15,736 nt of DNA, from assembly GCA_964583985.1 (NCBI GenBank), contig CAZOYD010000073.1, positions 1-15,736 of the forward strand, read 5' to 3'. A model generated the notes under the pieces. It was not told the DNA's origin and did no database searches. It worked only from the letters and a program-made list of their open reading frames with translations. Position 1 is the stretch's first letter, and each line of letters opens with the position of its first letter. Positions 14,553 to 15,736 of this stretch are shown here, piece after piece. The position numbers and the translations under genes were made by a program. Origin of the DNA: an uncultured archaeon (GTDB lineage Archaea > Asgardarchaeota > Lokiarchaeia > Sigyniarchaeales > SOKP01).

Positions 14553-15698
14553 TTAGATTTTTAAAAATTTATTGATGAGTTCTTTGATCTTTTTGTAATT
14601 CTCTAAAACATGTTCATAATTTTCCTGATCTAACGCACCTAAGCAATCTTCATTTAGAGCTACTACTGAATTTTTCAAGGTGTTAAACTGCTGATACTCT
14701 CTTAACTTTATTTTTAAATCATCACCTAATTGAGAATACATTCCAACAATTTGCTGTTTTCCAATAAAACGAGCAATTTTAACAATTTGGTCACAATTTA
14801 ATAATGCTTCTTGAAAAAGCCCTGATGAAATATTTTCTTTAATAGCTATTTCAAGTGTATTGATTTCAGAATTAAGGTTATAATATTTTTTTTCAGCATC
14901 AATAATAGCCTTTTTTTTTATCTCTAATTGTTTATTATAAGAAATTATATCTTCCTTATCCATTAACTCCATCAAAGCATCAACAAGTTTTTTAGCATCA
15001 TCAAATTTATAAGCATCTGTAAGTTTATTTGTCTTTTCAATCTCAGATTTAACTTTTTCTTCGAGATGTACTTTTTTTTTAATTATGAAAAGGGTATCTT
15101 CAAGATTCTTCCATTGATCTGTTAGTTTCTTATCATTTACATTTTTCAAGATTAGTTTTGCTTTAGATAATATATCTTCTGCTACAATAATATTATTAGT
15201 ATGAAGATAACTAGTAAATTGAATTTCAAGGGGACCAAGTTGCTTTTTTAAAGTGTTCTCTTTTTTTAGAAAGACATCCCATAAATTCTCCACTTCTATA
15301 ATTAGATCATTTATTAAAGGGATAGACTGAAAATCAACAACATTTTCAAATTTTCGCTTGAAAGTATCAATTAAGGAGTGAGCTTCAGTAATGTTAGCTT
15401 TAGATAAGAAAGTTCGGACTACCTTTTCCACTTCTTTGAACTCATCATCAAAAAACAAAAACTCTTTTCCATTTTGGATTGAATTACGTATTTGGTCAAT
15501 AAATCTTTTTTGTTCTTTAATAATTGATTGCATATTTCCATTTTTGGCTAATTCTATTATTTCTTCAGAGACTTTTATTGCTTCATAATATTTTTTCATT
15601 AAATAATGATTATTAGCTGTCACCTTTAATTGATCAATTTCTGAAATAATTTGTATCTGTTCTTTCTGCATGTCTTGTTTTTCAGAATTGGGGTTCAT
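14553..15698 (-). CDS. All-alpha helical-hairpin repeat/coiled-coil protein (TPR/MIT-like), function unknown
   Basis: 381 aa, rich in K/E/I/L. Recurring turns KKYYEAI, ANITEAH, NNIIVAE, YKFDDAK, GLFQEAL and ENYEHVL occur about 60-65 aa apart. Confidence 0.75.
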   Translation of the reverse strand: MNPNSEKQDMQKEQIQIISEIDQLKVTANNHYLMKKYYEAIKVSEEIIELAKNGNMQSIIKEQKRFIDQIRNSIQNGKEFLFFDDEFKEVEKVVRTFLSKANITEAHSLIDTFKRKFENVVDFQSIPLINDLIIEVENLWDVFLKKENTLKKQLGPLEIQFTSYLHTNNIIVAEDILSKAKLILKNVNDKKLTDQWKNLEDTLFIIKKKVHLEEKVKSEIEKTNKLTDAYKFDDAKKLVDALMELMDKEDIISYNKQLEIKKKAIIDAEKKYYNLNSEINTLEIAIKENISSGLFQEALLNCDQIVKIARFIGKQQIVGMYSQLGDDLKIKLREYQQFNTLKNSVVALNEDCLGALDQENYEHVLENYKKIKELINKFLKI

Positions 15699-15707
15699 CT
15701 TTATTCA

Positions 15708-15736
15708 CTAATTAGCCATTTCTAGTTTTTCAATAA
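15708..15736 (-). CDS. Possible 3' end of an upstream gene (...IEKLEMAN*)
   Basis: A frame is open from the window edge to TAG, followed by TGA, 9 nt before ATG 15698. It is too short to confirm. Confidence 0.3.

Noticed and set aside
14553-15698. SMC/Rad50 or ESCRT-III call for the coiled-coil protein
   Set aside because: No Walker motifs, hinge or zinc hook, and no recognisable Snf7 pattern.
1-15736. tRNA, rRNA, CRISPR arrays or DGR template/variable repeats
   Set aside because: I saw no GC-rich structured intergenic segment, regularly spaced direct repeats, long near-identical repeat pair or reverse transcriptase. tRNAscan, Infernal and a self dot-plot would be needed to exclude them formally.

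Overview
AT-rich archaeal window, most likely Lokiarchaeia/Promethearchaeota (Asgard). This is inferred from a longin-like protein, a stand-alone V4R protein, a short XPF, a beta-helix/Ig surface protein and beta-oxidation genes. Housekeeping content: 5'-truncated acyl-CoA dehydrogenase, TauE/SafE permease, XPF/ERCC4 nuclease, membrane metal-dependent hydrolase, AroA'/DhnA aldolase, nadB, 3-hydroxyacyl-CoA dehydrogenase, enoyl-CoA hydratase and a RimJ/RimL GNAT. Most interesting: (1) a two-gene module resembling the mycobacterial MenA1-MenT1 tRNA-nucleotidyltransferase toxin-antitoxin system; (2) tandem single-Cys LMW phosphatases with the YwlE-type P-loop Thr, followed by a degenerate macrodomain and a V4R protein; (3) an enoyl-CoA hydratase with a DnaJ-type zinc finger inserted in its C-terminal tail; (4) three genes that appear to need CTG/ATT starts; (5) a doubly frameshifted surface-protein gene; (6) two small membrane ORFs missed by the ORF track. 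I saw no RNA genes, CRISPR arrays or transposases. All family calls come from motif recognition by eye, not from database searches.
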